From a virus: a DNA stretch of 64,000 nt. Within the stretch, counting starts at the first letter, position 1; each line of letters opens with the position of its first letter. The position numbers were made by a program, and so were the translations under genes. Positions 37,673 through 47,209 of the stretch are shown here, piece by piece. Under the pieces are notes generated by a model. The model was not told where the DNA came from, searched no databases, and was given only the letters and a program-made list of their open reading frames with translations. The DNA is taken from IMG/VR virus record IMGVR_UViG_3300049433_000139, positions 1-64,000 of that record. One strand, given 5' to 3'.

Positions 37673-39316
37673 CTACGCAGCCGCAAGGCCCGGCATCGGC
37701 ACCGGCAACACCGTCCCATCCGCCGTAATCTGCAATACCGAGTTCCGACTTTGGCCATTCGGCACGAGCAGCGCCCCGTCCGAACGTATCCACCGCGCCG
37801 CCCGCGCATGATCGGCCAACGAATCGGCCAAAACGTGCTCCACTAGGTCGGAAGTGACTGCCGTTATGGCGCTTCCTTCCTCCAAGGGTCGGCCAAAAAC
37901 TCTTAGTATCGGCAGCCACCCGCCGTCTCGCGCCGAGCCCGTCTTGTAGCTCGATATAAGAGCAGCGCCGCTCGGGGTTTCCAATAGACTCGCTGCCTTG
38001 GCCGGCCCGCGCTCGCCGGCTCGCATATCATAGCCGCAGCCGGGACAGTCCATGACGCCCTTGGTCACGCACACGAGGCACGCGGGGCATAGTTTGGTCA
38101 TTGGCTCGTCGCAGGACCAGCACCGGGCCGACGCTGCGGCGTTGCGTTTGTTGCAGGCGTCGCAGGACACTAGGCGCGCGGCGGTGTCTTTAGGGCGTAT
38201 CCAATCGATCGGTCCGAATTCGCTAGTGTTGTCCGCGAAGTCCAAAAGTAACCCATCCGCCTTTCCGCGTCGGATTGATTCCTCAATGTTGCCGCCGATC
38301 GTGCGAAGTAGTCGCCCTAGAATCTGTATCCATAGACTAAGCGACTTCGTGCGGCGCCGACAAACCAACAAGTCAATTTCCTGGACGTCGAAACCCGTAG
38401 TCAAACATCGGACGTTCACAAGAGCGCGCAATTTACCAGAGCGTAGAGCCTCGACGTTGAACTTTCGATTCGCCGCTTCGGCCCTAGTTCTATCACCGAG
38501 CACAAGTCCGGTTGGGATGCCCCATTCGTTCATGCGCGCCGACATGGCTTCTGCGGAGTTTCTAGAAGCCTCGAACACTAACCAGGTGCGGCGGTCCCGA
38601 CCGTAATGCAGCATTTGAGCGATGTGATTATCAATCATTGTGATCATTTGCGCATCAGACGACGCGCCTGTGTATTCGCCTTGAGCGACGCGCAGTTTTG
38701 TCACATCGATTTTATCATCGACCGCAGCAGAGAACGGCGTGACCAGGTAGCCGTCGCGGATCCCGTCCATGATATCGTAATTATAGACGATCTTGTCATA
38801 CGGAGCGCCTTCACCTTCGACCAGTGACCCGCCCATGAGACGAAACGCCGTGCCCGTTCCGCCGACCGTGCGCGGATATCCCAACCCTCGACGCAGCGTG
38901 TGCAGCATTCCGGATTCGCCGTGCGAGGCCGTGTGCGCTTCGTCCTCAATAAGCAAGTCGATTGGTCCAAACGAGCCTGCGTAGGCATGGACACTGTTAA
39001 TGGACGCCACGATCATTGGAGCGCGCCACACTCGTTTACCGAGGGCGGCGGAATTGACGCCAACTTGCAGCCCCATGGATAGCGCAGCGCTTTCGATCTG
39101 CTCGACCAACTCGCGCGTTGGTGCGACCGCAAGCACGCGCCCGCCGCGCTCGATACAGCGACGGGAAGTCTCAGCGTAAAAAAGCGACTTGCCAGCCGAC
39201 ACACACATGTTAGCCAAGGGACGATTGATGCCGGCGCGGAACGCGTCGTCTACGGCGTCGGCGGCCTCCAGTTGATGTCGACGAAGCGTGATGGTCACGG
39301 GAGCGGGACCGGGCAA
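37673..39316 (-). CDS. SF2 DEAH helicase (RadD/YejH-like) with C-terminal Zn ribbons
   Basis: LRRHQ, AGKS, DEAH, GTAFR, LTTGFD, QILGRLLR, CxxC repeats. Confidence 0.9.
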   Translation of the reverse strand: MPGPAPVTITLRRHQLEAADAVDDAFRAGINRPLANMCVSAGKSLFYAETSRRCIERGGRVLAVAPTRELVEQIESAALSMGLQVGVNSAALGKRVWRAPMIVASINSVHAYAGSFGPIDLLIEDEAHTASHGESGMLHTLRRGLGYPRTVGGTGTAFRLMGGSLVEGEGAPYDKIVYNYDIMDGIRDGYLVTPFSAAVDDKIDVTKLRVAQGEYTGASSDAQMITMIDNHIAQMLHYGRDRRTWLVFEASRNSAEAMSARMNEWGIPTGLVLGDRTRAEAANRKFNVEALRSGKLRALVNVRCLTTGFDVQEIDLLVCRRRTKSLSLWIQILGRLLRTIGGNIEESIRRGKADGLLLDFADNTSEFGPIDWIRPKDTAARLVSCDACNKRNAAASARCWSCDEPMTKLCPACLVCVTKGVMDCPGCGYDMRAGERGPAKAASLLETPSGAALISSYKTGSARDGGWLPILRVFGRPLEEGSAITAVTSDLVEHVLADSLADHARAARWIRSDGALLVPNGQSRNSVLQITADGTVLPVPMPGLAAA

Positions 39317-39824
39317 CGCGCCGCGATGCCAAGCAGCGCGTTTAGCTTGCCTATGGGATTAGTTGCGGAGCGCGGCAGCGACATGGTGCCGAAAAGATCG
39401 AACCAAGCCCACTGGTCAACCTCGCACGCTTTAGCGTTAGCGCGATCGACCGTGGCAAGCGCTTCGGTGTGCGTGACGAACGGACCAGCGAGCAGCGCAG
39501 TTCGCTTCCCGCGCCGCATGCTGACATAGTAGTCACAAACGTCTGTGCAGGGCATTACGCGGCGATCATGTTGCTGGAAACGTCACCGAACGCGGTGATT
39601 CGGCAGCCGTTGATGCAGTCCCAAGACTTGCCGCGCTGCACGAATACGTCCTTGCCGACGATCTTGAACATGGCTTTGTGCTTCGACTTGTAGTTCACGC
39701 TACGGGTATACGTGGTGACTGAAACCGAATTGCCGGCGTCCAAATTCGACACGATAAAACGAAACATGCGACGAGCCTTATGCAGAGAAAGAATGCGGCC
39801 CGGTTTCATCTGTTCGTTGGTCAT
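39295..39824 (-). other. Two small hypothetical CDSs (39295-39555, 39555-39824)
   Basis: GAGGA RBS after cassette copy 8; coupled ORFs. Confidence 0.55.
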
Positions 39825-39849
39825 GGCGCGTCCTCGTTCTGATGCCGAG

Positions 39850-39891
39850 AACTTACACCAAATTTGCAAACAGTCAACACATAATTGAACT
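39850..39891 (-). promoter_or_regulatory. Phage promoter/operator cassette, copy 8 (extended type)
   Basis: AGTTCAATTATGTGTTGACTGTTTGCAAATTTGGTGTAAGTT. Confidence 0.75.
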
Positions 39892-39907
39892 AGTCACGCG
39901 GCTGTGA

Positions 39908-40980
39908 CTACGCACAAGATTCGCATATCCAATCGTCACCCTCCGCCATTTCACTCTGCTCAAACCACCAATTGCATTGTTCGCAGCAAAATACGAGTTG
40001 ATCCAGTTCCGCACAGAACGCAGCATCATTTTCCAGGGCTTCGAATTCTTCCCCGAGGTTCGCAATCCCTTGACACGACCCTTCTAGACGTTCCGCAGCA
40101 ATCCGTGCCATCTCGACGGGGGTGCTCACGCCGCCACCGGCACCAACAACGTCTCCGCCCGCGTCCCTCTGTTCCGGCAAGCCGCGCCACTCAACGGCCC
40201 GCGCCGGCCCGCAATCGCGGCTCGCCGCTCCGCCTCAGATCGCATCGCCGCGCGAATGTGATTCTTGAACATCCAAAAACGATTGCAAAAATCCTTCGGC
40301 CGCGGACCTTTCCAGGAGGACAGGTTAGACCAGACGTAAAGGCGAGTGGAGAGCGGGCGCCATTTGTAACAAAGGGATACGCGCGTGCCACTGAGGCGGA
40401 CAACCGCGTGCCATTCGTGGGCATCGATGATTATATTTGGGGTGCGGTAAAGTGTGGTCATGGTTCCGAGTTCTCTTCGCGGGATTGGCGTTCCAAAGCA
40501 TCCTCATCGGATTCCAATTCGCAAACACCATCCTTGCAGTTTTCAAACACTAAATATCCCAAACCGCAAACCCTACAATAAAATGGTTTACCGTTGTACG
40601 GATGGCGCTCGCCGCGTACTGCCCTGCTCACTTCCCTACCTCGCAAGCAATCGCATGCGCCTCTGCCCAAGGCAGGCCCGCATTGAGTAGGAGTCGAAGG
40701 GCGCGGCGGTAGGTCATGTGCGCGGCTCCGCGTCCGGCAGGATAAAATCGGTCGTCATTACAGACGCGTCCCACCCTTCGGCGTAGAGACGCTCAAAGCG
40801 CACCGCCGCACTTGGCGACATGATGTAAGCTTGCTCACGGTTCGTGTAGCGATCGTTCGCTAGTCGCGCAGCAAGCCGGGCAGCGCGGGTTTTCCAGCCG
40901 TCCGAACTTGGGCAACGAACCGCCTTTTTACCCTTGGCGTAACGGGCGTTGCCGATCGTATATGCTGCGTCTTGGCTCAT
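39908..40980 (-). other. Small hypothetical CDSs (39908-40180, 40126-40461, 40458-40670, 40714-40980), two with CxxC
   Basis: Short ORFs downstream of cassette copy 9; starts uncertain. Confidence 0.5.
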
Positions 40981-40987
40981 GCCCGCA

Positions 40988-41026
40988 AAGCTACAACAAA
41001 TTTGCAAACAGTCAACAACTAATTGA
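40988..41026 (-). promoter_or_regulatory. Phage promoter/operator cassette, copy 9
   Basis: TCAATTAGTTGTTGACTGTTTGCAAATTTGTTGTAGCTT, 7 nt before ATG 40980. Confidence 0.7.
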
Positions 41027-41285
41027 TGAAATCCGGCGCAAGGGCTGAAATAAATCCAGTCCGCTCCACCCGTTCGAACGTCGTCCCGTCTCGGGCATGT
41101 AGGGTTACTCGGTCGCCGTCGTTAAAACTAGGTGAAACCTGGAGGCGCGCTTGCTTCGGACACATCTTGGCCGCATCCTCGTCGTTCACGTCCCATATCA
41201 GGCGGCACACGGCGCAGTGCATCTGGTCGCTTCCGGTGTGGCGAGCTGCGCAGGGGGTTTCAAGCATGCAGCACCGTGACGTCAC
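41019..41285 (-). CDS. Hypothetical protein, Cys-rich N-terminus
   Basis: CAAR..SDQMHCAVCRLIWDVND. Confidence 0.55.
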   Translation of the reverse strand: MTSRCCMLETPCAARHTGSDQMHCAVCRLIWDVNDEDAAKMCPKQARLQVSPSFNDGDRVTLHARDGTTFERVERTGFISALAPDFIN

Positions 41286-41691
41286 CGCCCGAATGCGGGT
41301 CGTGCTTTACGGCGGCGCGTACCGCTGTCCCTGCACCAGCCCCCGCAAACATCGCGCCGAGCGCGTAGTCCATGCCCGAACCGAAAGCGAAATATTCCGC
41401 TTCGCACCGGAACGAGCCATTCACTTCGAATACGTCGATTCCGCCAGCCTTACGGAAGATCACGCCTCGGTCATGGTGACGTTCTGATTCGGTAGCCTTT
41501 GGCGGTTCGCCATTCTCGCCGGCAAGAAACCAGGCGATAAAAAGCGCGTTGAAATTCGCATTACCAGCCGCGCCGGCCATGTCGCCGTCATCCCGGCGCG
41601 CAATCTTGATCACGTTCCCCATCATCGTGCCGCCCTGATACATGACTGTATCAGCCGCAAGCACGCCGTCTTTGTACGCAATGGTTGTCAC
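41260..41691 (-). CDS. HslV/proteasome-beta-like Ntn-hydrolase
   Basis: (M)TTIAYKDGVLAADT, K..GAAG, AFGSG..ALGAM, D..SGG. Confidence 0.75.
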   Translation of the reverse strand: MTTIAYKDGVLAADTVMYQGGTMMGNVIKIARRDDGDMAGAAGNANFNALFIAWFLAGENGEPPKATESERHHDRGVIFRKAGGIDVFEVNGSFRCEAEYFAFGSGMDYALGAMFAGAGAGTAVRAAVKHDPHSGGDVTVLHA

Positions 41692-42205
41692 GTTCCGCTC
41701 CCGCTTAGGCACGTCGCCACTGACAACCCATCTGCCCGCGCTTCCCCCACAGCCATTGCGACCACGGGATGCGTGTAACCTTGAATGTGCAGGAAGATCG
41801 GAGCGCCGGCCGCTATCCTGGCACGCTCTGCGTCAGTCGGTGCCCACGCGGAAATCATGAACCCCTCGTGGTCGCAGATTTCCAGTGTGCGGCAAGGGCC
41901 GTCTCTGTCAACGTTCCAGTTCTCGGGAGCGCCGAGACTTCGCGTCCTATCCGTGAGTGCGATGGATTTCATAAACCGGCCGCCCACTGTCCGCCGCAAG
42001 CCGTGATGGCTGCGCGCGCTTCGTCGCGCGTCTTAAACCCGTCAAGTTTCATATAATCGGATTGGATGGCGTATTCAGTGCGCGTTAAAATACTGGAGCG
42101 CACGAGATACGAAACGATATGATACTTCGTCCGCTCCAGCGTCTTGACGCCCACCATGTAGCGCAGCGTATAAGTGCCGTCGGCATTGGCTTCTGCTCCA
42201 GTCAC
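41688..42205 (-). other. Two small hypothetical CDSs (41688-41972, 41969-42205)
   Basis: Coupled ORFs; the first has GAPENW..C..SAWAPT..HPVV. Confidence 0.55.
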
Positions 42206-42654
42206 GACTGCGCCTCCAATGTCTGATAATAAAAACGGTGCAGAAAGGGTAGCGCGAACGGATCCCGCCCCACCTTGTTCATATGCCACGCCCACAGAAT
42301 GCGCCCGGTGCGGCCGTTGCCGTCGGTGTAGGGATGCAGCATTTCGAACGCTATGTGGGTGTTAAAGGGTGTGTTGGGTTTGTGAATACCGATCAAGAGG
42401 TTGATAAGGCGCTCGCGTATCTCAGGTCCGCCGGCCGGCGCGATGTAGTTTCCAACGCGCACGTCGAGGCCCAGCCGATCCCTTAAGTCGTGGCCAGGTG
42501 CGAACGCTTGCTGGACGTCGTTCAAGTCCTGCAGCGTGAGGTTCGGTAGGGCGAGGAAGTGCCGCGCTGCGCCGACCTCGCTGAGTTTCGGATCGCGGTG
42601 GATGCCCTCGATCGCGTTCGATTCGCGGAGGAAGGCAGTGAGTCGACTTGTCAT
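42202..42654 (-). CDS. Fic-domain protein
   Basis: ESNAIEG and HPYTDGNGRTGR. Confidence 0.9.
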   Translation of the reverse strand: MTSRLTAFLRESNAIEGIHRDPKLSEVGAARHFLALPNLTLQDLNDVQQAFAPGHDLRDRLGLDVRVGNYIAPAGGPEIRERLINLLIGIHKPNTPFNTHIAFEMLHPYTDGNGRTGRILWAWHMNKVGRDPFALPFLHRFYYQTLEAQS

Positions 42655-42778
42655 AGCGTAACCCATCCCACCGCCCATATCGCAATAGCTATCACGACAT
42701 AACAAAACATCGCGAAACATACTAAAACAGTGTTATCCAAACTCGATAGACCGACTGAACTTGGTAGCGGAGGCGGAA

Positions 42779-43327
42779 TCACGCTGCCACTCCCCGAACC
42801 CCGGCCAACACCCGCAACGCCGCATTAGCCGCCCGCGTCTGCCCGATCGCATCGTTAAGCGCCACATGCGGCGGCGGGACGCTGTAAAGCTTCGGGTCAA
42901 GGCCGGCTAGGTTATACAGCGTGCGAGTGCATTGGATGTTCCAGAACTTCCACGGCGGTTCGATGCCGGCGCGACGATACAGTTCGCCGAGAATCGGCGC
43001 ATCGAACGTTGCGCCATGGCACCAGATCATGCGCTGGAACACGTCCGGCTCTGCCCAAGACAACCACGCGGATATGTGTTCGAGCGCCGCTATGAGCGGG
43101 ACGGCGCCTTGCGTCGCTGCAGCCCATGCGCCGGGATGCTTCGCTTCCTGATCGTTCCACCAAGCCTGCGTTGCCGGGTCTATTTCCAATCCGAGCACTT
43201 GCTGGTCGGGAATGGAAATGTTGAGCGTCGTATGCACCTCGTCCGAAAAGCGCACGAACGCCGCGGCGAGCACTATGGCACCGGGACGTGTACCCAAAGT
43301 TTCGACGTCTGTCATGATGTGAGTCAT
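42779..43327 (-). CDS. DEDDh 3'-5' exonuclease (Rv2179c / exoVIII-like)
   Basis: DVETLG..WW..HGATFD..TRTL..HVALNDA. Confidence 0.85.
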   Translation of the reverse strand: MTHIMTDVETLGTRPGAIVLAAAFVRFSDEVHTTLNISIPDQQVLGLEIDPATQAWWNDQEAKHPGAWAAATQGAVPLIAALEHISAWLSWAEPDVFQRMIWCHGATFDAPILGELYRRAGIEPPWKFWNIQCTRTLYNLAGLDPKLYSVPPPHVALNDAIGQTRAANAALRVLAGVRGVAA

Positions 43328-43650
43328 GCGTCCGTCTCCGCCGCTTTGACGAGTTCGGGTATATGCGCGGCTGCGATTCGACACGCCCACGCGACCGCTT
43401 CTCGGCGTTTCGTCGTCATGGTGATATGAGTGCCTGCGTTTTCCATAACGGACGCGATGGATAGCAAGAGTTCGGAACCGTAAAGCGTGCCTTCCACTTC
43501 GTTCGCTTGCGTGACTACCGACGCACGATTAACGCGCCCTGCGTTAAGGTCCGGAACGAATACAGCGCTACCATCTATGTGGTATATCCAACCGCCGGGC
43601 ACTTGCAGCCGATACGCATCTCCCAGCCCAAAGCCTTCCACTTGATGCAT
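43324..43650 (-). CDS. Hypothetical protein
   Basis: RLQVPGGWIY..FVP; GGGAGGG RBS. Confidence 0.55.
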   Translation of the reverse strand: MHQVEGFGLGDAYRLQVPGGWIYHIDGSAVFVPDLNAGRVNRASVVTQANEVEGTLYGSELLLSIASVMENAGTHITMTTKRREAVAWACRIAAAHIPELVKAAETDA

Positions 43651-43684
43651 CTCGCCCTCCCGGCGTGGTTCGCCACTGTTCGCA

Positions 43685-43715
43685 AACCTACGCCGCATTT
43701 GCAAAAAGTCAACAG
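43685..43715 (-). promoter_or_regulatory. Phage promoter/operator cassette, copy 10
   Basis: CTGTTGACTTTTTGCAAATGCGGCGTAGGTT. Confidence 0.75.
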
Positions 43716-44680
43716 AAATCTAAAACGGCCGGCGTGACTTTCACATCGGCACACCCTATCCCCCACTGCATCAAACCCCGCGCCACCAGATCGTCAAGTT
43801 CGTCACGCCATAGGTAAGCGCGCCGGCCGGTGTCAGTGGTCGCGCGGAGCTGCGAGCAAACGAAGTACCATTGATGTTCTGTGACCAGGTAGCGGACGTG
43901 GAGCGCCAAGAAGCGGACCTGCGCTGGCGATAGGGGCTGTAGCGGCGGACTGGCGACGACGGGCACGCAGTCGCATTCGGGCCGGTGCTCGTGGCAGTTG
44001 CAGGTACGCGGAGGTAACGTGGTATGACAGGTCACACTGCCACCGCGCGCACGTTGGCTTCCTTCATCTCGTCAAGCGATACTTCGCCAGTCGCGACAAG
44101 CACACCTTGAATATATCCAAGCCAACGCATCGCTTTGTCTTGCGACATGCCGGAGTCGATTTGCTGCACCATCCAACGCATGTGCGCGTAACCCAATCCC
44201 GTTGCGCCGCGATCAGGACAATCGCAGTACGGTTCGAGGTACTTCGCGTCAATATCTTTCGCCGCTACGATACACTGGTTTAGGTTCAAGCCCCGCCTCC
44301 CCTGATAAAACAAAACATGCGTATCGGGTTTGTCACGAAGCAAGCCCGTAGTCGTTGGGATGCGCGTACGCATCAACAAAATACGGGTCCGCTACAAGTC
44401 CGTTCTCAACGCGGAGACTGCCTGCCGCGATCTGCCGCTGCCGGCGCGCAACGGCGCGCTTGCCGTTCAACCCCGCTATTGCATTCCGCGCCGAGTGCCC
44501 TTCGCGTTTCGCCGTCCTTGTGCGGCGCCGATTCTCTCGCATCGCCTGTTCGTAAATACCCATCTTGACGAGGGCGCCCATGAGCGCTTCGGCCGATACG
44601 GCCAGGGCATCGGTGCCAGCGTTAACGGCACGCTGCATGAAGTTACGGGCGAACGCAGCGGCTGCGGAAGGGCGATACAT
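43709..44680 (-). other. Three small hypothetical CDSs (43709-44035, 44032-44379, 44333-44680)
   Basis: The middle one has KAMRWLGYIQGVL, a recurrent phage motif. Confidence 0.55.
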
Positions 44681-44708
44681 GCTGGTGCGCTCCAAGGGCT
44701 GTTGTGTC

Positions 44709-44739
44709 AACCTACAACCGATTTGCAAAAAGTCAACAG
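44709..44739 (-). promoter_or_regulatory. Phage promoter/operator cassette, copy 11
   Basis: Identical to copy 5 over 34 bp. Confidence 0.75.
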
Positions 44740-45693
44740 TTAAATACAGGCAAGCCATCCACGGTCACGGTATCGTCGTCCATATCCACTGCGTCCGGCG
44801 AGCAGGAGAGGAGTTCGCATGTGGTTTCGACTATCCAGTCCCACCTATCCGCGCGGGCCAGGAGGGCAGTAGCCGCCGTTGAGCCATCCAAGCGGCGGAG
44901 CGTCACGCGCTTGTCAGGCACGTAAGCAGCGCCGCGCAGGAGTTCGGGCGAGCGGTCGCGCAGGGCGGAAAAGGGGAGGACAGCACAAAGCAAATCATCT
45001 GCAGTCGTGCCAGACTTTAACTGCGGTTGCGCTCCCTCCGTGCTCGGGCGAGAAAAGAACCGCTCGGCACTTGGCGCCCCTTGCTTCCTTAGCGTCTCAA
45101 CCGCAGCCGTTACCGCGAGCTGATGCTGCAGGGACGTTGCCGACCAGTCCAGCGCGGCGATGCGATCGGCGAGGGCGGCGTTTGTGAGGACGGTCATGAT
45201 GTGGCCTTTCTGGCGCGGATCGCCGCAGCACCGTAACTGCCTGGATATTCCGTCTCAGGATTGAACTCATTATTCTTTGACAAAGCGGGACGTTCCGACT
45301 TGCCAGTGGTTATATCAATAACGGTGCCGTCATCGAGACGGACGCCGAAAACGATATCGCCAAAGCGGTAATTGTTATTGTTGCCACGCAGGCCGTATCC
45401 CATATCCGGCACGACGCGCACGTCAAACCATCCGCCTTCCGGCGCCTGATATGCGTATTTGCTGCTCCGCTTGATGCGGGCCACAAGTTGCTGCTCGGGT
45501 ATCACAGCGCCCTCGCCTTTCTGACGCGCTTGAAGTTCTTGACGACGAACTCGCCAGGCTCGTGATCTTCCATCGGCGTCGTGTAGAAATTGCCGTGGAT
45601 GCAATCCTTGACTTCGCGCAGCGCCAGCGCCTCGGTGCAAGGCTTGTCCATTCGAATCGTGACAGTAAAACTGTGGGTATGTTGCTTCGCCAT
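44733..45693 (-). other. Three small hypothetical CDSs (44733-45197, 45194-45505, 45502-45693)
   Basis: Coupled ORFs downstream of cassette copy 12. Confidence 0.55.
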
Positions 45694-45734
45694 CTTCGTG
45701 TTCTAACTTACTTAGGGGTACGTTTCATCCTGTT

Positions 45735-45765
45735 AACCTACTGTGAATTTGTCGTAAGTCAACAG
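45735..45765 (-). promoter_or_regulatory. Phage promoter cassette, copy 12 (variant spacer)
   Basis: CTGTTGACTTACGACAAATTCACAGTAGGTT. Confidence 0.6.
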
Positions 45766-46170
45766 ATAAGTGAGGTATCACGGGGTTGTGTTTGGGTGGC
45801 GGTCGCCAAGAGGTTCAATTACGTGTTGAATTTGAGGGGCAAAAATCTTTCACTCGGGCGGCGACCGTTCATTTTCAAGTTATCCGTATAAAATGGGCAT
45901 AACTTTTCCAAAATGTCCAAATGCCTTAGTGAACTTTCGTTTTTCAACATTTTTTTGGGAATTCTCTAAAAGCACTGTCAACACGTAATTGAACCAGTGG
46001 TGTGAGCGCCAGAATATGTTATCGAAAGTACCCCAAAAAAAATTCAATCGTTCATGTGCTTGATATTGTTAAGGAAACGACTGAATGTTTTTTCTAAAAA
46101 AGTTTCAGTGGCTCGGTATTTTCAACAGATAAGTGATATTTGCCCGTTTTAGGTTCAATTACGTGTTGAC
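45759..46170. repeat. AT-rich region with 18-bp iterated repeats, candidate replication origin
   Basis: GGTTCAATTACGTGTTGA at 45812-45829 (+), 45978-45995 (-) and 46152-46169 (+); TCAACAGATAAGTGA at 45759-45773 and 46122-46136. Confidence 0.6.
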
Positions 46171-46813
46171 GTTGTTTGACCAGTTCGGCGCGAGCAATGG
46201 CGTTTTTGCGTTTTGAGGACAAACGAGGTTTTGAACGCGCAGGGGTGCGTAACTTGCGTTTCCGTCGCTTTATCATCTTCCGACCGCGCCGCTTTGCTGC
46301 CCCGCGCTCAATGGATTCTGCCGAGTGCTTCCGACCTTTGCTCGCGGCTCCAATTCGTGCCTTAGATTCTGGAGTGTGCTTTGGTTTCGGTATGGGTTTC
46401 GGCTTTGGTTTTCGACTCTGAACAGTAGCCAAGCGACGCTCAATCGACTCTCGTGAGTGTATCAAACCCGGAGCACCTTGACCGCCGAGAGTGGTGTTCG
46501 CACAAAGAGGCCAGAGCAACCGTAGCGTGGCTATCCAATAGCGCTCGCGTTCCGACCAATCACCATCCGCCTGCACGGTCTCCATAGTCTGCACGCGGAT
46601 GTGCTTACCGCAGCCACGTATCCACGCAGCAATCGCGCGGTGCGGGTGTTGCTTGGCGCCGTGGCGGTGCTCTGTGAGGCGTTTTTGTGCGGTGAAGATC
46701 GTTTTGCCGCAATAGAACGGGTATCCGTTCGACCAGCCGTTGGCGATCGTCTCGGGACGCGTATCAACGAGCCAATAGATTAGGGTTGGTGTGGAAACGG
46801 GACGGCGGGGCAC
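46094..46813 (-). CDS. GIY-YIG homing endonuclease with NUMOD3 repeats
   Basis: IYWLVD..FYCGKT..R..EH..E..WI..N; HSRES/HTPESKARI/HSAES motifs. Confidence 0.8.
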   Translation of the reverse strand: MPRRPVSTPTLIYWLVDTRPETIANGWSNGYPFYCGKTIFTAQKRLTEHRHGAKQHPHRAIAAWIRGCGKHIRVQTMETVQADGDWSERERYWIATLRLLWPLCANTTLGGQGAPGLIHSRESIERRLATVQSRKPKPKPIPKPKHTPESKARIGAASKGRKHSAESIERGAAKRRGRKMIKRRKRKLRTPARSKPRLSSKRKNAIARAELVKQRQHVIEPKTGKYHLSVENTEPLKLF

Positions 46814-46819
46814 ATGAAA

Positions 46820-46850
46820 AATGTACCGGAATTTTGCAAAAAGTCAACAG
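46820..46850 (-). promoter_or_regulatory. Phage promoter/operator cassette, copy 13
   Basis: CTGTTGACTTTTTGCAAAATTCCGGTACATT. Confidence 0.75.
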
Positions 46851-46921
46851 AATAGGGCGTATCTAGCAAAGTCCATCGACATCCGCTACAACCCGTCCCG
46901 ACCGACGCGGAGGGAAACAGC

Positions 46922-47209
46922 ATGCGCCACGCACTTCCTTTACTGCTCCTGCTCGCTGCACCCGCTGCGGCAGCCACGCCCAACGAAACGGCGTGCATCT
47001 TGAAAGCCGCCGAGACCCTTCCGAAGATCGCAGGAATGCAAATTGGAAAGAGCCGCGCAACACTCCTGCCGGCCCCGCAGGGCTGGCAGTGGGGACCACC
47101 AATCAAAGTTGAAGTGGATTGGACCGCCGCGGGCCAAGCCGCAACGTGGGCGTATCTTTGCACCGTCGGGGATTCAGGGAACGCCGTGGTGCAGCGCCTG
47201 GCTAATTAG
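46922..47209 (+). CDS. Small secreted protein (moron)
   Basis: GGAGGG RBS, signal peptide MRHALPLLLLLAAPAAA, two Cys; antisense to flanking genes. Confidence 0.7.
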   Translation: MRHALPLLLLLAAPAAAATPNETACILKAAETLPKIAGMQIGKSRATLLPAPQGWQWGPPIKVEVDWTAAGQAATWAYLCTVGDSGNAVVQRLAN

